39,335 nt of DNA, from positions 1-39,335 of the IMG/VR virus record IMGVR_UViG_3300024232_000031, one strand, 5' to 3'. The notes beneath the pieces are model-generated. The model saw only the letters and a program-made list of their open reading frames with translations, searched no databases and was not told the DNA's origin. Shown here piece by piece: positions 25,693 to 33,750 of this stretch. The translations under genes and the position numbers were made by a program. Source of the stretch: a virus. Taxonomy: Duplodnaviria > Caudoviricetes. How positions within the stretch are numbered: position 1 is the stretch's first letter; the number at the start of each line of letters is the position of its first letter.

Positions 25693-26772
25693 TTACCCTT
25701 TCGTTTGAATGCCTCTAACCAGATAGTCAAAGTTAGGGTCGGTGCCGAAGAACACGAGCACGTGGCGCTCGATATGATCCAGAGCCAACTTATCAGCATA
25801 CGCGAGCACGCGAGCCACGCGTATCGCATCAAGCCTGATCTCTGGTATATCTTCAGCGATCTCGAGGCCGTCCACCATATAGTACTCGTCGGAGGCTGCT
25901 GTGCCCTCAGCAAAGGAAAGCGATAGCGCACCTTCAGCGACGCGAAGCACAACATATGTATGTTGCTTCTCTTCAGACAGTGATGCAGCACGCTTGATAA
26001 AAGCGGCGATGCGCTCCCGCGGGATCTCTGCGACAACCTCTTTAGCACGGTAGGCGGACGTCAGTTGGGCGAGATCATGCTTCAGGGGTGCTGCTGGTCG
26101 CAGCATGAGCGAATACGGCTCAACGAACGCATGAACGGCGGTATCCGTGAGGTTTAACCTGACGGGCTTCTTTGCTTTTGTCTTGAGTATCGCAACAAGC
26201 AGATTGAGTGCATCGGGGCTGAAAGTTAGCTGCCCTGGGAAGAGCGGATTTGTTTTGCCTCCGCCGCATGCCGCGACAGTTACGTTGTCCGATGATAGCA
26301 CAAGTAATTCATCGTTTCGATTATCGACAACCGCGCCATAAACGCCAGCCGATGCCATCGAGAGCGGACCGCATGAAAGCGAGCCAAGTTGCAAAGCTTC
26401 AGTGAACAGATCGGTCGGTTCCCACAATGACGACTTCTTCAGCGACCAATCCGTTTCAGGGAAAGTTAAATCGCCGAGCAATGCGAGCTTGCCATCGGCC
26501 AGCCCGCAGGACCAGGACAACCCGCCGCCAGCGATCTGAAGCTCTAGATCGTCATCGGGCAGCGAGCGTATCACAGCGATGAAGTTAGCTGCGTCGATCC
26601 AAAATGGCGTTTCAATCCCAAGGCTCACATCCGCCTCGAGGATGCCCCAGGGCGAGCAACCTTGTATCTTATCGGGTTGGACATAGAGCGCTCTGTAAAC
26701 ATTGCTGAGCGCATGTCGGTTGGCTAACTGTGCAAAGGGCGCGAGGATACGCGAGAGTGCTGCGGCTTTCAT
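25693..26772 (-). CDS. Putative sliding clamp (DnaN-like)
   Basis: 359 aa with alternating beta/alpha pattern in three apparent domains; next to the polymerase, and a DnaX-like loader is present; ATGA-coupled start MKAAAL. Confidence 0.65.
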   Translation of the reverse strand: MKAAALSRILAPFAQLANRHALSNVYRALYVQPDKIQGCSPWGILEADVSLGIETPFWIDAANFIAVIRSLPDDDLELQIAGGGLSWSCGLADGKLALLGDLTFPETDWSLKKSSLWEPTDLFTEALQLGSLSCGPLSMASAGVYGAVVDNRNDELLVLSSDNVTVAACGGGKTNPLFPGQLTFSPDALNLLVAILKTKAKKPVRLNLTDTAVHAFVEPYSLMLRPAAPLKHDLAQLTSAYRAKEVVAEIPRERIAAFIKRAASLSEEKQHTYVVLRVAEGALSLSFAEGTAASDEYYMVDGLEIAEDIPEIRLDAIRVARVLAYADKLALDHIERHVLVFFGTDPNFDYLVRGIQTKG

Positions 26773-27815
26773 TTTAGGTGCTTCTCCAAGATGTCCCATT
26801 TCCTTGCCCAAACGTCAACTTCCCGCACAACAGCAATCGGATCGTTGACGAACTCGCGCAAGCGCTTGAACTTATACCCGGCGGATTTCTCGTTCTTGTC
26901 GTTTGGCGAGTCAATGTAAAAATACGATGCGAGGATTGATTGGTGCCCTAACTTAGCGATCAACGGAAAGGTTGTATTGTTCGTCCCGCAAACGAGATAA
27001 AAGTTAAACTGTTCGAATGGATCCGCGGGTTTATCAATGTAACCATTATGCAAGAACCCGTGTGGATGAAAGCGTATCGGGTGCTTGGCTCTGATCTCGG
27101 CTTCACACCGCATATAAAAGATGGCGGTCATATAACTGCGCAAGAGCAGGGCTTCTGTATCACGCGATTCAAATACCTTCGCGCTGATACCATACTCGCT
27201 GAGTATCTTATCGAATTCAGATCGATCTGAAAGCCCAAGGTTGTCGAGGTCGGGTGCTGAGTTAGGGCTGTTGCCATCATGCCGCATGCCGATCCTCGAG
27301 CCATTCGGCAATGTCGCGATGCCGCCGCGCTGCGCCGAGTAGATCCAGCTTGTTGAATCAGCGGAGTACCAAGGGAAGCGTTTCAAGCTTTCAACGCGCC
27401 CCTCGCCTAAAGCATGCGTTTTGATGATGGGGCGCCCATCGTTGTTAACAAGCTGAGAAAAAACCAACATATACCAATCGTCGATTGAGTTTCTGCTGGT
27501 TAAGGAACTCGCTGCGATTCCGATATAATCACATCCAAGGTCTAGCATACGTTTCAACCAATCAAGGCTTTCTCCCGCATGATAAACGGGCATTGGATTT
27601 AGTCCACGTTTACGCATAGTTACTAGGTTTGCAAAGCTTTCGCGCGCTGCTTCCTCTACATCGTTGGGATTGATAACATCAAGCGCTACATAAGTTTCAA
27701 TCCAATCTAAGTTTTGTTCTAAATACGAACAATAAGAATCTAGATGGATTGATTTGCCTAGTCGCCATGCTGAGTAAGCACCGCTATCCACAATTATTTT
27801 AATGCGTTTTGTCAT
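26769..27815 (-). CDS. dpdA: DpdA-like (TGT-fold) deazaguanine DNA transglycosylase
   Basis: IIVDSGAYSAW, LDVI, PVYHAGE, YIGI, THALG, PWYSADSTSW; co-occurs with folE/queD/queE/gat-queC. Start MTKRIK is ATGA-coupled. Confidence 0.8.
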   Translation of the reverse strand: MTKRIKIIVDSGAYSAWRLGKSIHLDSYCSYLEQNLDWIETYVALDVINPNDVEEAARESFANLVTMRKRGLNPMPVYHAGESLDWLKRMLDLGCDYIGIAASSLTSRNSIDDWYMLVFSQLVNNDGRPIIKTHALGEGRVESLKRFPWYSADSTSWIYSAQRGGIATLPNGSRIGMRHDGNSPNSAPDLDNLGLSDRSEFDKILSEYGISAKVFESRDTEALLLRSYMTAIFYMRCEAEIRAKHPIRFHPHGFLHNGYIDKPADPFEQFNFYLVCGTNNTTFPLIAKLGHQSILASYFYIDSPNDKNEKSAGYKFKRLREFVNDPIAVVREVDVWARKWDILEKHLK

Positions 27816-28312
27816 CGTTTTTTCCTGCGAGGTCTTTGGTTGCGGGATTGCTCCAAAGATGTTGCCCATTTGCAGTTGCTGGGCTCATAATTACCATGGT
27901 TATCTATACGCTCGATTGAAAGTTTAGGGCTAGGCTTCAGTCCCATATCGGCAATGAAGTTCTCGAACGAATTCATCCATCTCTCGCAAACTGCTATGCC
28001 GCGCCCTCCATAACGTTCGTAATCATTGCGTTTAGGATTATTGCATCTTGCTTTCAAATTGCACCAGGCAATATATTCTGAGGTTAATCCGGTTATAGGG
28101 GCATGACCATGATGTCTATTAGAAACACTTAAAAGTTCTTTCGCTTTACATCCACAACTTTTAGTCATACCGCTTTTAAGATTTGTGCCGAGTAGGGCTT
28201 TTCGTTTTTTGCAAATACATTGACAAATCCAATAACTATTATCGGTTCGCGCCGACCGACAGACCACTATCCAGTAGCCGAACTTTTGTCCGGTGAGATC
28301 AAGTAGATTCAT
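27812..28312 (-). CDS. Free-standing HNH-like homing endonuclease
   Basis: DLTGQKFG...WICQCIC...TKSCGC...YGGRGIAVC.RW...SIERIDNHGNYEPSNCKWAT; visibly AT-richer than its flanks. Confidence 0.8.
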   Translation of the reverse strand: MNLLDLTGQKFGYWIVVCRSARTDNSYWICQCICKKRKALLGTNLKSGMTKSCGCKAKELLSVSNRHHGHAPITGLTSEYIAWCNLKARCNNPKRNDYERYGGRGIAVCERWMNSFENFIADMGLKPSPKLSIERIDNHGNYEPSNCKWATSLEQSRNQRPRRKKR

Positions 28313-28315
28313 CGG

Positions 28316-28906
28316 TCAACGATGATACTTATTCTCGGTACGGACGCTTGCGAGAAACTCCGCGCGGGTTGGGCCGTCATTCAAAAAGTCTCCTCTGAGT
28401 GCTGTTGTGATCGTGGTAGAGCGAGGTTGCTGCACGCCGCGCGAGACCATACACAAGTGCGTCGCCTCGATCATAACACCAACGTGTTCGGACAAGTGCA
28501 TCTGGAGGCAGGTCGCGATTTGGGACGTTAGTCTTTCCTGCATCTGTAACCGGCGCGCGAACATGTCGACAATGCGTGCGAGCTTGCTCAGCCCAAGCAG
28601 CCCCACGGCTCCCGGGACATACGCAATGTGCACGGAGCCATAGAACGGCGTGAGATGGTGCTCACAGTGCGAGAACATCGAGAGATCGCGCACCACCACC
28701 ATCTGGTTGTAGCGCTCGTCGCTGCTGAATGTCCGGAGGAACGCTGTTGCTGGCTCGTAGCGATACCCCTGCCCCCAGTCTTGTTCCCAAGCACGCAGGA
28801 CGCGTTCTGGGGTATCCCTGAGGCCGTCGCGCGAGGGGTCGTCACCAATATACGAGATCAAGGTACGGACGGCGTCAAGCGCGTCCTCACGGCTTGTAAA
28901 CGGCAT
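28316..28906 (-). CDS. folE: GTP cyclohydrolase I
   Basis: [47 protein letters not shown]; start MPF after GGAG. Confidence 0.96.
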   Translation of the reverse strand: MPFTSREDALDAVRTLISYIGDDPSRDGLRDTPERVLRAWEQDWGQGYRYEPATAFLRTFSSDERYNQMVVVRDLSMFSHCEHHLTPFYGSVHIAYVPGAVGLLGLSKLARIVDMFARRLQMQERLTSQIATCLQMHLSEHVGVMIEATHLCMVSRGVQQPRSTTITTALRGDFLNDGPTRAEFLASVRTENKYHR

Positions 28907-29135
28907 ATGCTTTGCTCCCGTCGATTGCATCGGCGAGAGCTTATACGCAATCGTCGTTGGCAGGGGGTTCGTCCTCGGTCACGAGAATCTCTGCGGCGAT
29001 CTCGTAACGCCAACCGATGCTATGTAAGCGCTTCTCGAGCAGGCTGCGCGCATTGCTGACAGCCCGCGCGTTGTTGTAGGCGAGGGGTATTGTGAACTCT
29101 ACGGTCGCGTGCATCAACGGCATGTGCTTTGCTCC
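28899..29135 (-). repeat. 20-bp direct repeat (19/20 identical) covering the RBS and start codon of two consecutive genes
   Basis: GGAGCAAAGCA(T/C)ATGCCGTT on the minus strand at 28899-28918 and 29116-29135. Confidence 0.8.
28941..29123 (-). CDS. Hypothetical protein, 60 aa
   Basis: Same RBS/start context as folE; begins [10 protein letters not shown]. Confidence 0.6.
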   Translation of the reverse strand: MPLMHATVEFTIPLAYNNARAVSNARSLLEKRLHSIGWRYEIAAEILVTEDEPPANDDCV

Positions 29136-29142
29136 AGACAAC

Positions 29143-29170
29143 AAAAAGGGGCCCCCGAAAGGACCCCTTT
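29143..29170 (-). terminator. Intrinsic terminator
   Basis: GGGGTCCT-TTCG-GGGGCCCC-TTTTT on the minus strand. Confidence 0.8.
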
Positions 29171-29193
29171 ATACGGAGGAAGCGCGCGAGCGT

Positions 29194-29700
29194 TCAGGTC
29201 GCTTGTTTGGCGGCCTGACGGCGGGCGATCTCGGCATCAATCTCTGCCTCGGAAGAGGCGTTGAGGTAGGCGTCCCGCTTGGCGATAGCCGCCCGGTAAC
29301 CGTCCACGTCGCCATCGTCCAGTAGCTCGTTCGCGAGGTCGCTCAGCGCGAGCGCTTTGTAGTCCTTCGATGCGCGTGCCTCGGCCTCGGCTTTCGCGGC
29401 CAGCAGCTTCTCGTAGCAGGGGTAATTGGTCTCGAGGATCTTCTTGCCGTCCACCTCGATGTGGGCATCGATGAATCCGGGGTAGACAACGTGCCCCTCG
29501 CCGTAGCCGTCGCGGTGCCAACCACCGACGGTTGCTTTGCTCCAGACCAGCAAGCCCTTTGTTTGCCCCTTGCGCTTGCCGCGGCTGATTTTGGCGAGCG
29601 CTGCGATAGCGTCAGCACCGAAGAGCCGCGTCGCGTAGGACGTGCCAAAGTCGGTCGAGAGGTAAGCTGTGCGGGTCTCGATGCGGGCATACTGGACCAT
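29194..29700 (-). CDS. Hypothetical early protein in a self-contained transcription unit
   Basis: 168 aa; AGGAG RBS; own promoter and flanking terminators. Confidence 0.75.
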   Translation of the reverse strand: MVQYARIETRTAYLSTDFGTSYATRLFGADAIAALAKISRGKRKGQTKGLLVWSKATVGGWHRDGYGEGHVVYPGFIDAHIEVDGKKILETNYPCYEKLLAAKAEAEARASKDYKALALSDLANELLDDGDVDGYRAAIAKRDAYLNASSEAEIDAEIARRQAAKQAT

Positions 29701-29716
29701 GGAAATTCTCCTGTTG

Positions 29717-29785
29717 TGCGCGTGCTCGCGCGATCTCTATATACGCGTAGCTCGTCACAGAGGCAAGAGAAAAAAGCCGCTATCG
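29717..29785 (-). promoter_or_regulatory. sigma70-type early promoter with both shared boxes
   Basis: TTGCCT(29761-29766)-N17-TATATA(29738-29743), upstream CGATAGCGGCTTTT, downstream GCGCGAGCACGCGC. Confidence 0.8.
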
Positions 29786-29788
29786 GAC

Positions 29789-29820
29789 AAAAAAAGGGGA
29801 CCCCGTCGGGCCCCCTCTTT
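29789..29820 (-). terminator. Intrinsic terminator
   Basis: GGGGGCCC-gacg-GGGTCCCC-T7 on the minus strand. Confidence 0.8.
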
Positions 29821-29831
29821 GTAGCGCTCGC

Positions 29832-30464
29832 TCAGAGCTTCCAACCCACCTCGCGCGCGGCCTCGAGGGTCGCGAGGACATCGGAGCGGATCGTGCTCAC
29901 GGTCGAGGAACCGATATGCGGGAACATCTCCTTGAGCGCGTCGAGCTTGATCGTGCTGTCCTTGGCGAGAGCGATGCGGATGGCCCAGGTCTTGCCCTTT
30001 TCGCGCGGAGCGGCGGCGGTCTTCTGAGCGGCGGCTTTCTTCGGCGCTGCGGCGCGCGCTGCGCCGTTGGTCTTCGCCGCGCCACCAGCAACGAAGCGCG
30101 AGATGAAGCCGTTCGGCAGGTTGATCGGCTTGCCCTCGTTGAGGTTCTCGGCGACCTCCTCGTTGAACCAATTCTGTGCTTCCTCGGTCAGCGAATCGAA
30201 GATCGTCTCGTCGAGGTTACCGAGGGCTGTCATAAAGCGGACCATGAAAACCTGGTCTTCCTCGCGGTTGCTCTGCTGCTTGAAGCTCTCGTCGGCGGAG
30301 GTCAGCGCGTCAACCATCTCGTCCCAAATCGTGACGTTCTCGGTTTCCTCTTCGGTCTCCTGCTCGGCGGTCTCGTCCTGAGCCTCGACTTTCGTTTCCT
30401 CGACGATCGGGTCGGCCTTCTTCGGCGCGACGGGGGCTGCTTTTTTGACGGATGCTTTAGCCAT
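29832..30464 (-). CDS. Hypothetical protein with AAPKK-type basic tracts, likely DNA-binding
   Basis: Start MAKASVKKAAP after GGAG; acidic core flanked by Ala/Lys/Pro tracts; third codon positions are strongly G/C. Confidence 0.7.
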   Translation of the reverse strand: MAKASVKKAAPVAPKKADPIVEETKVEAQDETAEQETEEETENVTIWDEMVDALTSADESFKQQSNREEDQVFMVRFMTALGNLDETIFDSLTEEAQNWFNEEVAENLNEGKPINLPNGFISRFVAGGAAKTNGAARAAAPKKAAAQKTAAAPREKGKTWAIRIALAKDSTIKLDALKEMFPHIGSSTVSTIRSDVLATLEAAREVGWKL

Positions 30465-30516
30465 TGTGGTTCTCCAGATGAAAAGTTGCGGGTGAGCGGT
30501 CTTGCTCACAAGCACA

Positions 30517-30545
30517 TATCTAACGGTAACGCAACGTCGTTGCAA
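30517..30545 (-). promoter_or_regulatory. Putative sigma70-type promoter
   Basis: TTGCAA-N17-TAGATA; a GTGAGC/GCTCAC hairpin lies in the leader (30492-30509). Confidence 0.55.
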
Positions 30546-30607
30546 GCGCAATCGATGTTTTAGTTGGGCGCTATGCGCACCCCACATGTGCGATAAGGCA
30601 CGTGTCA

Positions 30608-32101
30608 CTAGCTCGCATAAGATATGCAATCGCGCATGTTGTTCATGGTGGCGGCTGTCTTGCGCAGCAAGCAGGGACCGCAGACCCCGCAATGCAGCCC
30701 ATCTGTCGCGTCGCCGCTATCATAGCAGGACCAGGACAGGTGTATGGGCGCGCTGAGCTTGCGTCCCGCGGCATATATATGGTGCTTCATCATATGCTCG
30801 AGGCGCGCTCGGATCACTGGACGGGAACGCGTGCACAGAGCGAGCGTCCGATTAAGCGCGTCGTGGAACTCGCTCGAGTTATCATTATAGACAGCTGATT
30901 CCTCGCGATTGGTGCCAAGCGCGATCTCCCGGATGTCATGCCGATCGCAATACGCGGCTGCCATCGATGCCATCACAAGATTGCGCGCCGGCACCCATTC
31001 GTGCGCTGTTTCAATGCCGCGCTCACCATGCGCGAGCGGTAGGTGGTGCTCGGTCAGGGTCGATCCCCCTAAAGTCTTGAGAAACGAAAGATCAATGTAA
31101 TTCTCGACTATGTTGGCATTGTGCGCTCGTCGCAAAAAAGCCGCGATATTTTGCACAGCCTTGTATTCCGCTTGCTCGGCTCGCTGCCCATAATGGAAGT
31201 GGAGAAAGTGGACCTCAGGGGAATGTTGGCACGCCATCGTCGCGGCGACCGTGCTATCGAGGCCGCCCGAGATAATCACAGCGACCTTGCCCTTGTCGAG
31301 ATATTCATCGATCGGTTGGGTATTGTCTTGCATCGCGATGCCAATACCATGCGATGATGCGACGCGATAGCTGCGCGTGAGTTTAACAAGATCCAGCAAG
31401 AGATAAGAGTGCGGCGCCATCTCCCAGGTGAAGTAGTTATCGAGGAAGGGCAGCCTGCGTGGTAAGGGGTCAAAGGGTTCCGATGCCCAAACAAGATAAC
31501 GTGAGCCATCGATTGTAAGTATACATAAATGCAAGCCAAGGAATGTGCGCGAGAGCATGACCTTCCCTTGCACATGATCGATCAAAGCAAGCGCCCAGGA
31601 GCCCTTAACATTCTCTAGCGCCCAGCGCATATCATGGTTGAAGGCGGCGTTGAGGAAGATGTAGCTGTCGATGTCATCTGTGCCCGAAGCCGAGAGCCGA
31701 TCCCAGACATTTTCTCTGCGCAGCGCTTTGTCGTTGGACAAGAGCCCATTATGCGCGACGCTCAGGTTGGCGTATTGAAACGGTTGGATCTCATATTGAC
31801 TGAGTTTTGCATGGCCGAATTGTTCGGTTGTCGGGATGCCGCGAAAGTTGGCTGACATGCCCGCTGCGTCATCGATATCAGCTAGCATTGTTTTGAAAGC
31901 GGTTGGTGCGTGCTCTTGCTTAGCGCGGAGATCGCATCCATGCCATTTCGTCTTCCGACCGGATGGCAATTCAAAGCTCACCATGCCCATCGCATCTGGG
32001 CCGCGTGCCATCGAGCGCTCAGCGATGTAGGTTAACCAATCGTAAAACGAAGCGGAGTTATGCTCGCCAGACAAACGTAGAAACCCAAGTATCCCGCACA
32101 T
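30608..32101 (-). CDS. queC: GAT-QueC fusion (class II glutamine amidotransferase plus 7-cyano-7-deazaguanine synthase)
   Basis: N-terminal MCG, RGPDA.G, NFRGIPTTE, QPF, HNG, WASE; C-terminal SGGLDS, YGQR, VPARN, WSCY, HCGVCGPC. Confidence 0.93.
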   Translation of the reverse strand: MCGILGFLRLSGEHNSASFYDWLTYIAERSMARGPDAMGMVSFELPSGRKTKWHGCDLRAKQEHAPTAFKTMLADIDDAAGMSANFRGIPTTEQFGHAKLSQYEIQPFQYANLSVAHNGLLSNDKALRRENVWDRLSASGTDDIDSYIFLNAAFNHDMRWALENVKGSWALALIDHVQGKVMLSRTFLGLHLCILTIDGSRYLVWASEPFDPLPRRLPFLDNYFTWEMAPHSYLLLDLVKLTRSYRVASSHGIGIAMQDNTQPIDEYLDKGKVAVIISGGLDSTVAATMACQHSPEVHFLHFHYGQRAEQAEYKAVQNIAAFLRRAHNANIVENYIDLSFLKTLGGSTLTEHHLPLAHGERGIETAHEWVPARNLVMASMAAAYCDRHDIREIALGTNREESAVYNDNSSEFHDALNRTLALCTRSRPVIRARLEHMMKHHIYAAGRKLSAPIHLSWSCYDSGDATDGLHCGVCGPCLLRKTAATMNNMRDCISYAS

Positions 32102-32116
32102 GATTTTTGTCTCCTA

Positions 32117-32683
32117 TCAGCAGTCCAGAAGTTGGCGCAATTCCTTAGCCAAATCTAGTTCTGAGGGAGATATACTTTTGAGGAAGCGTTTCATGCGCCG
32201 GTTAATGTTTTCATCGTTATCGTCAGAGTAGACCATGCTGAGCAAGACTTGTGGCGCCTCTAAGATCGCTTTCACGGCTGATTGTACAGCTTCATTGCCG
32301 TGTCGCAATGCAGCGCGCGTTACCCGGACATCAAGCGAATCTTCGCTGTCATCAATTTCAAAGTCGCGCAAGCGGGCATCCTGTCTCGCAAAAGTGTTCC
32401 AGTCGTTGGCGAGCGATAGCTTGAACAAAGCCATCATATGACGAGGCTCGGTGACGCGCCCTCGATAGAGACGAACGCAGCGCCAAAAGATGATGGCGGC
32501 CTCTTGCATCGCATCGTCGGTATCGCCCAAACGATGCTTTGTCCGCCATTGATTTCTTGAAACGAAACCTCGTGCGTATTTCTCGAAGACCCCACCCCAT
32601 TCAAACTCAATGGGCTGGCTGATGGCCATGCGCGGTTGACGGAATCTTTTTAGTTCTGGGCGGATCGCTGCGCGTTGAGCCAT
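32117..32683 (-). CDS. Sigma-factor region 2-like protein
   Basis: DTDDAMQEAAIIFWRC...Y resembles sigma70 region 2; no clear region 4. Confidence 0.55.
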   Translation of the reverse strand: MAQRAAIRPELKRFRQPRMAISQPIEFEWGGVFEKYARGFVSRNQWRTKHRLGDTDDAMQEAAIIFWRCVRLYRGRVTEPRHMMALFKLSLANDWNTFARQDARLRDFEIDDSEDSLDVRVTRAALRHGNEAVQSAVKAILEAPQVLLSMVYSDDNDENINRRMKRFLKSISPSELDLAKELRQLLDC

Positions 32684-33600
32684 CGTAGGGCTTCCTCTGT
32701 TGGTAGTTCCCCTGGGTCCTTATAGCCAATCGGCAGTTTAGCGCGAGCGATCTTGTGAGGCCGGAGCACTTGCGCGACATTGTTGATGATATCATAAGCG
32801 TAGCTCATACTGACGTCGGCATCAAGAGCGACGAGCACCAAGCGCACTTTGCTAGCGATGTTTCGTAATTGTAGATATTTATCGCTGCCTAGCTGCTTGC
32901 CGTTCAGAGCGGCGACGATGATTGGTAAGCGATGCCCGGCATACGCGAGCTTGAGTGCGTCAACAGGGCCCTCGACGAGCGCGAGCGTATCAGCATGGGG
33001 CTTGCTCGCATTCGGGCTATAAAGGTATTGTGAGGCGGAGCGATCGTATGCGAGGTAACGCAGTTCCATTGAGTTATAGAGCGCGCGTCCTGTGAAGGAT
33101 TTGATCTGACCATTCAAGCTGAACGGGATCAACAAGCGATTCGCATACCGACCCTCGCGAGCGAAGCGCAGACCATATTGTTCGCAGACAATCTTTGGCG
33201 AGCGAAACCCGCGCGTATGAAGATAATGTAGGCACGCATCGTTGTATTGCGCCGGACTGAAACGATCCCATAACGTTTGGATGATATCGCGCTTAACAGC
33301 TATCGGTTGCGCGAACTCGAGCGATGCGCCAGCGATTGTATAGCGTTTCAATAAACGCACCGCTTCGACACGACCCTGCCCGAGCTTGAACAATAGGCTT
33401 ATGAATGACCTGCCGCTATGCCGATTGGGCTCGCGGTAGCAGTAATAGGCTTCCTTAACAAGCGAGATACCGAGGTGCTGAGAGGGATCGTTCTGACACC
33501 AGGGACATGCGATGTTAACGTTTCCCCTTGAAACGTTCCGTCCCTTATCGATCCAAGCAACACGGATGTCGCTCAGTAGAGATCGCCAATTGACCTGCAT
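32650..33600 (-). CDS. DnaG-like DNA primase
   Basis: CPWC...H...CYR zinc finger, YL.TRG, RLLIP, FTGRA, TOPRIM motifs VEGPVDA, LDAD, KDPGE. Confidence 0.9.
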   Translation of the reverse strand: MQVNWRSLLSDIRVAWIDKGRNVSRGNVNIACPWCQNDPSQHLGISLVKEAYYCYREPNRHSGRSFISLLFKLGQGRVEAVRLLKRYTIAGASLEFAQPIAVKRDIIQTLWDRFSPAQYNDACLHYLHTRGFRSPKIVCEQYGLRFAREGRYANRLLIPFSLNGQIKSFTGRALYNSMELRYLAYDRSASQYLYSPNASKPHADTLALVEGPVDALKLAYAGHRLPIIVAALNGKQLGSDKYLQLRNIASKVRLVLVALDADVSMSYAYDIINNVAQVLRPHKIARAKLPIGYKDPGELPTEEALRWLNAQRSAQN

Positions 33601-33750
33601 TGGCTTATCTTGTTACCCAACTCATTGGGATCCCCCGAATTGAAACGCATAATAGCCGCGCTCGCGTCAGCGAGCTATCCCATCTATTGTTTGCACTTCC
33701 CCAAGCGCGTAAAGGCAGGCTTTTAGTCCGCGTCTCCCGAACGCTTTAGA

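Noticed and set aside
27812-28312. HNH gene as part of a group I intron or intein
   Set aside because: folE ends with its normal C-terminus and dpdA has its own coupled start, so there is no flanking space for intron core structure; the gene is free-standing.
29125-29547. 15-bp exact repeat TGCTTTGCTCCAGAC at 29125-29139 and 29533-29547
   Set aside because: The second copy is inside a coding region (VWSKA) with no in-frame start after it; a single 15-mer match in 39 kb can arise by chance.
30465-30607. Possible preQ1 riboswitch or ncRNA near the que genes
   Set aside because: No preQ1 aptamer consensus is recognisable. The region lies downstream of queC and is explained by a promoter and a short leader hairpin.
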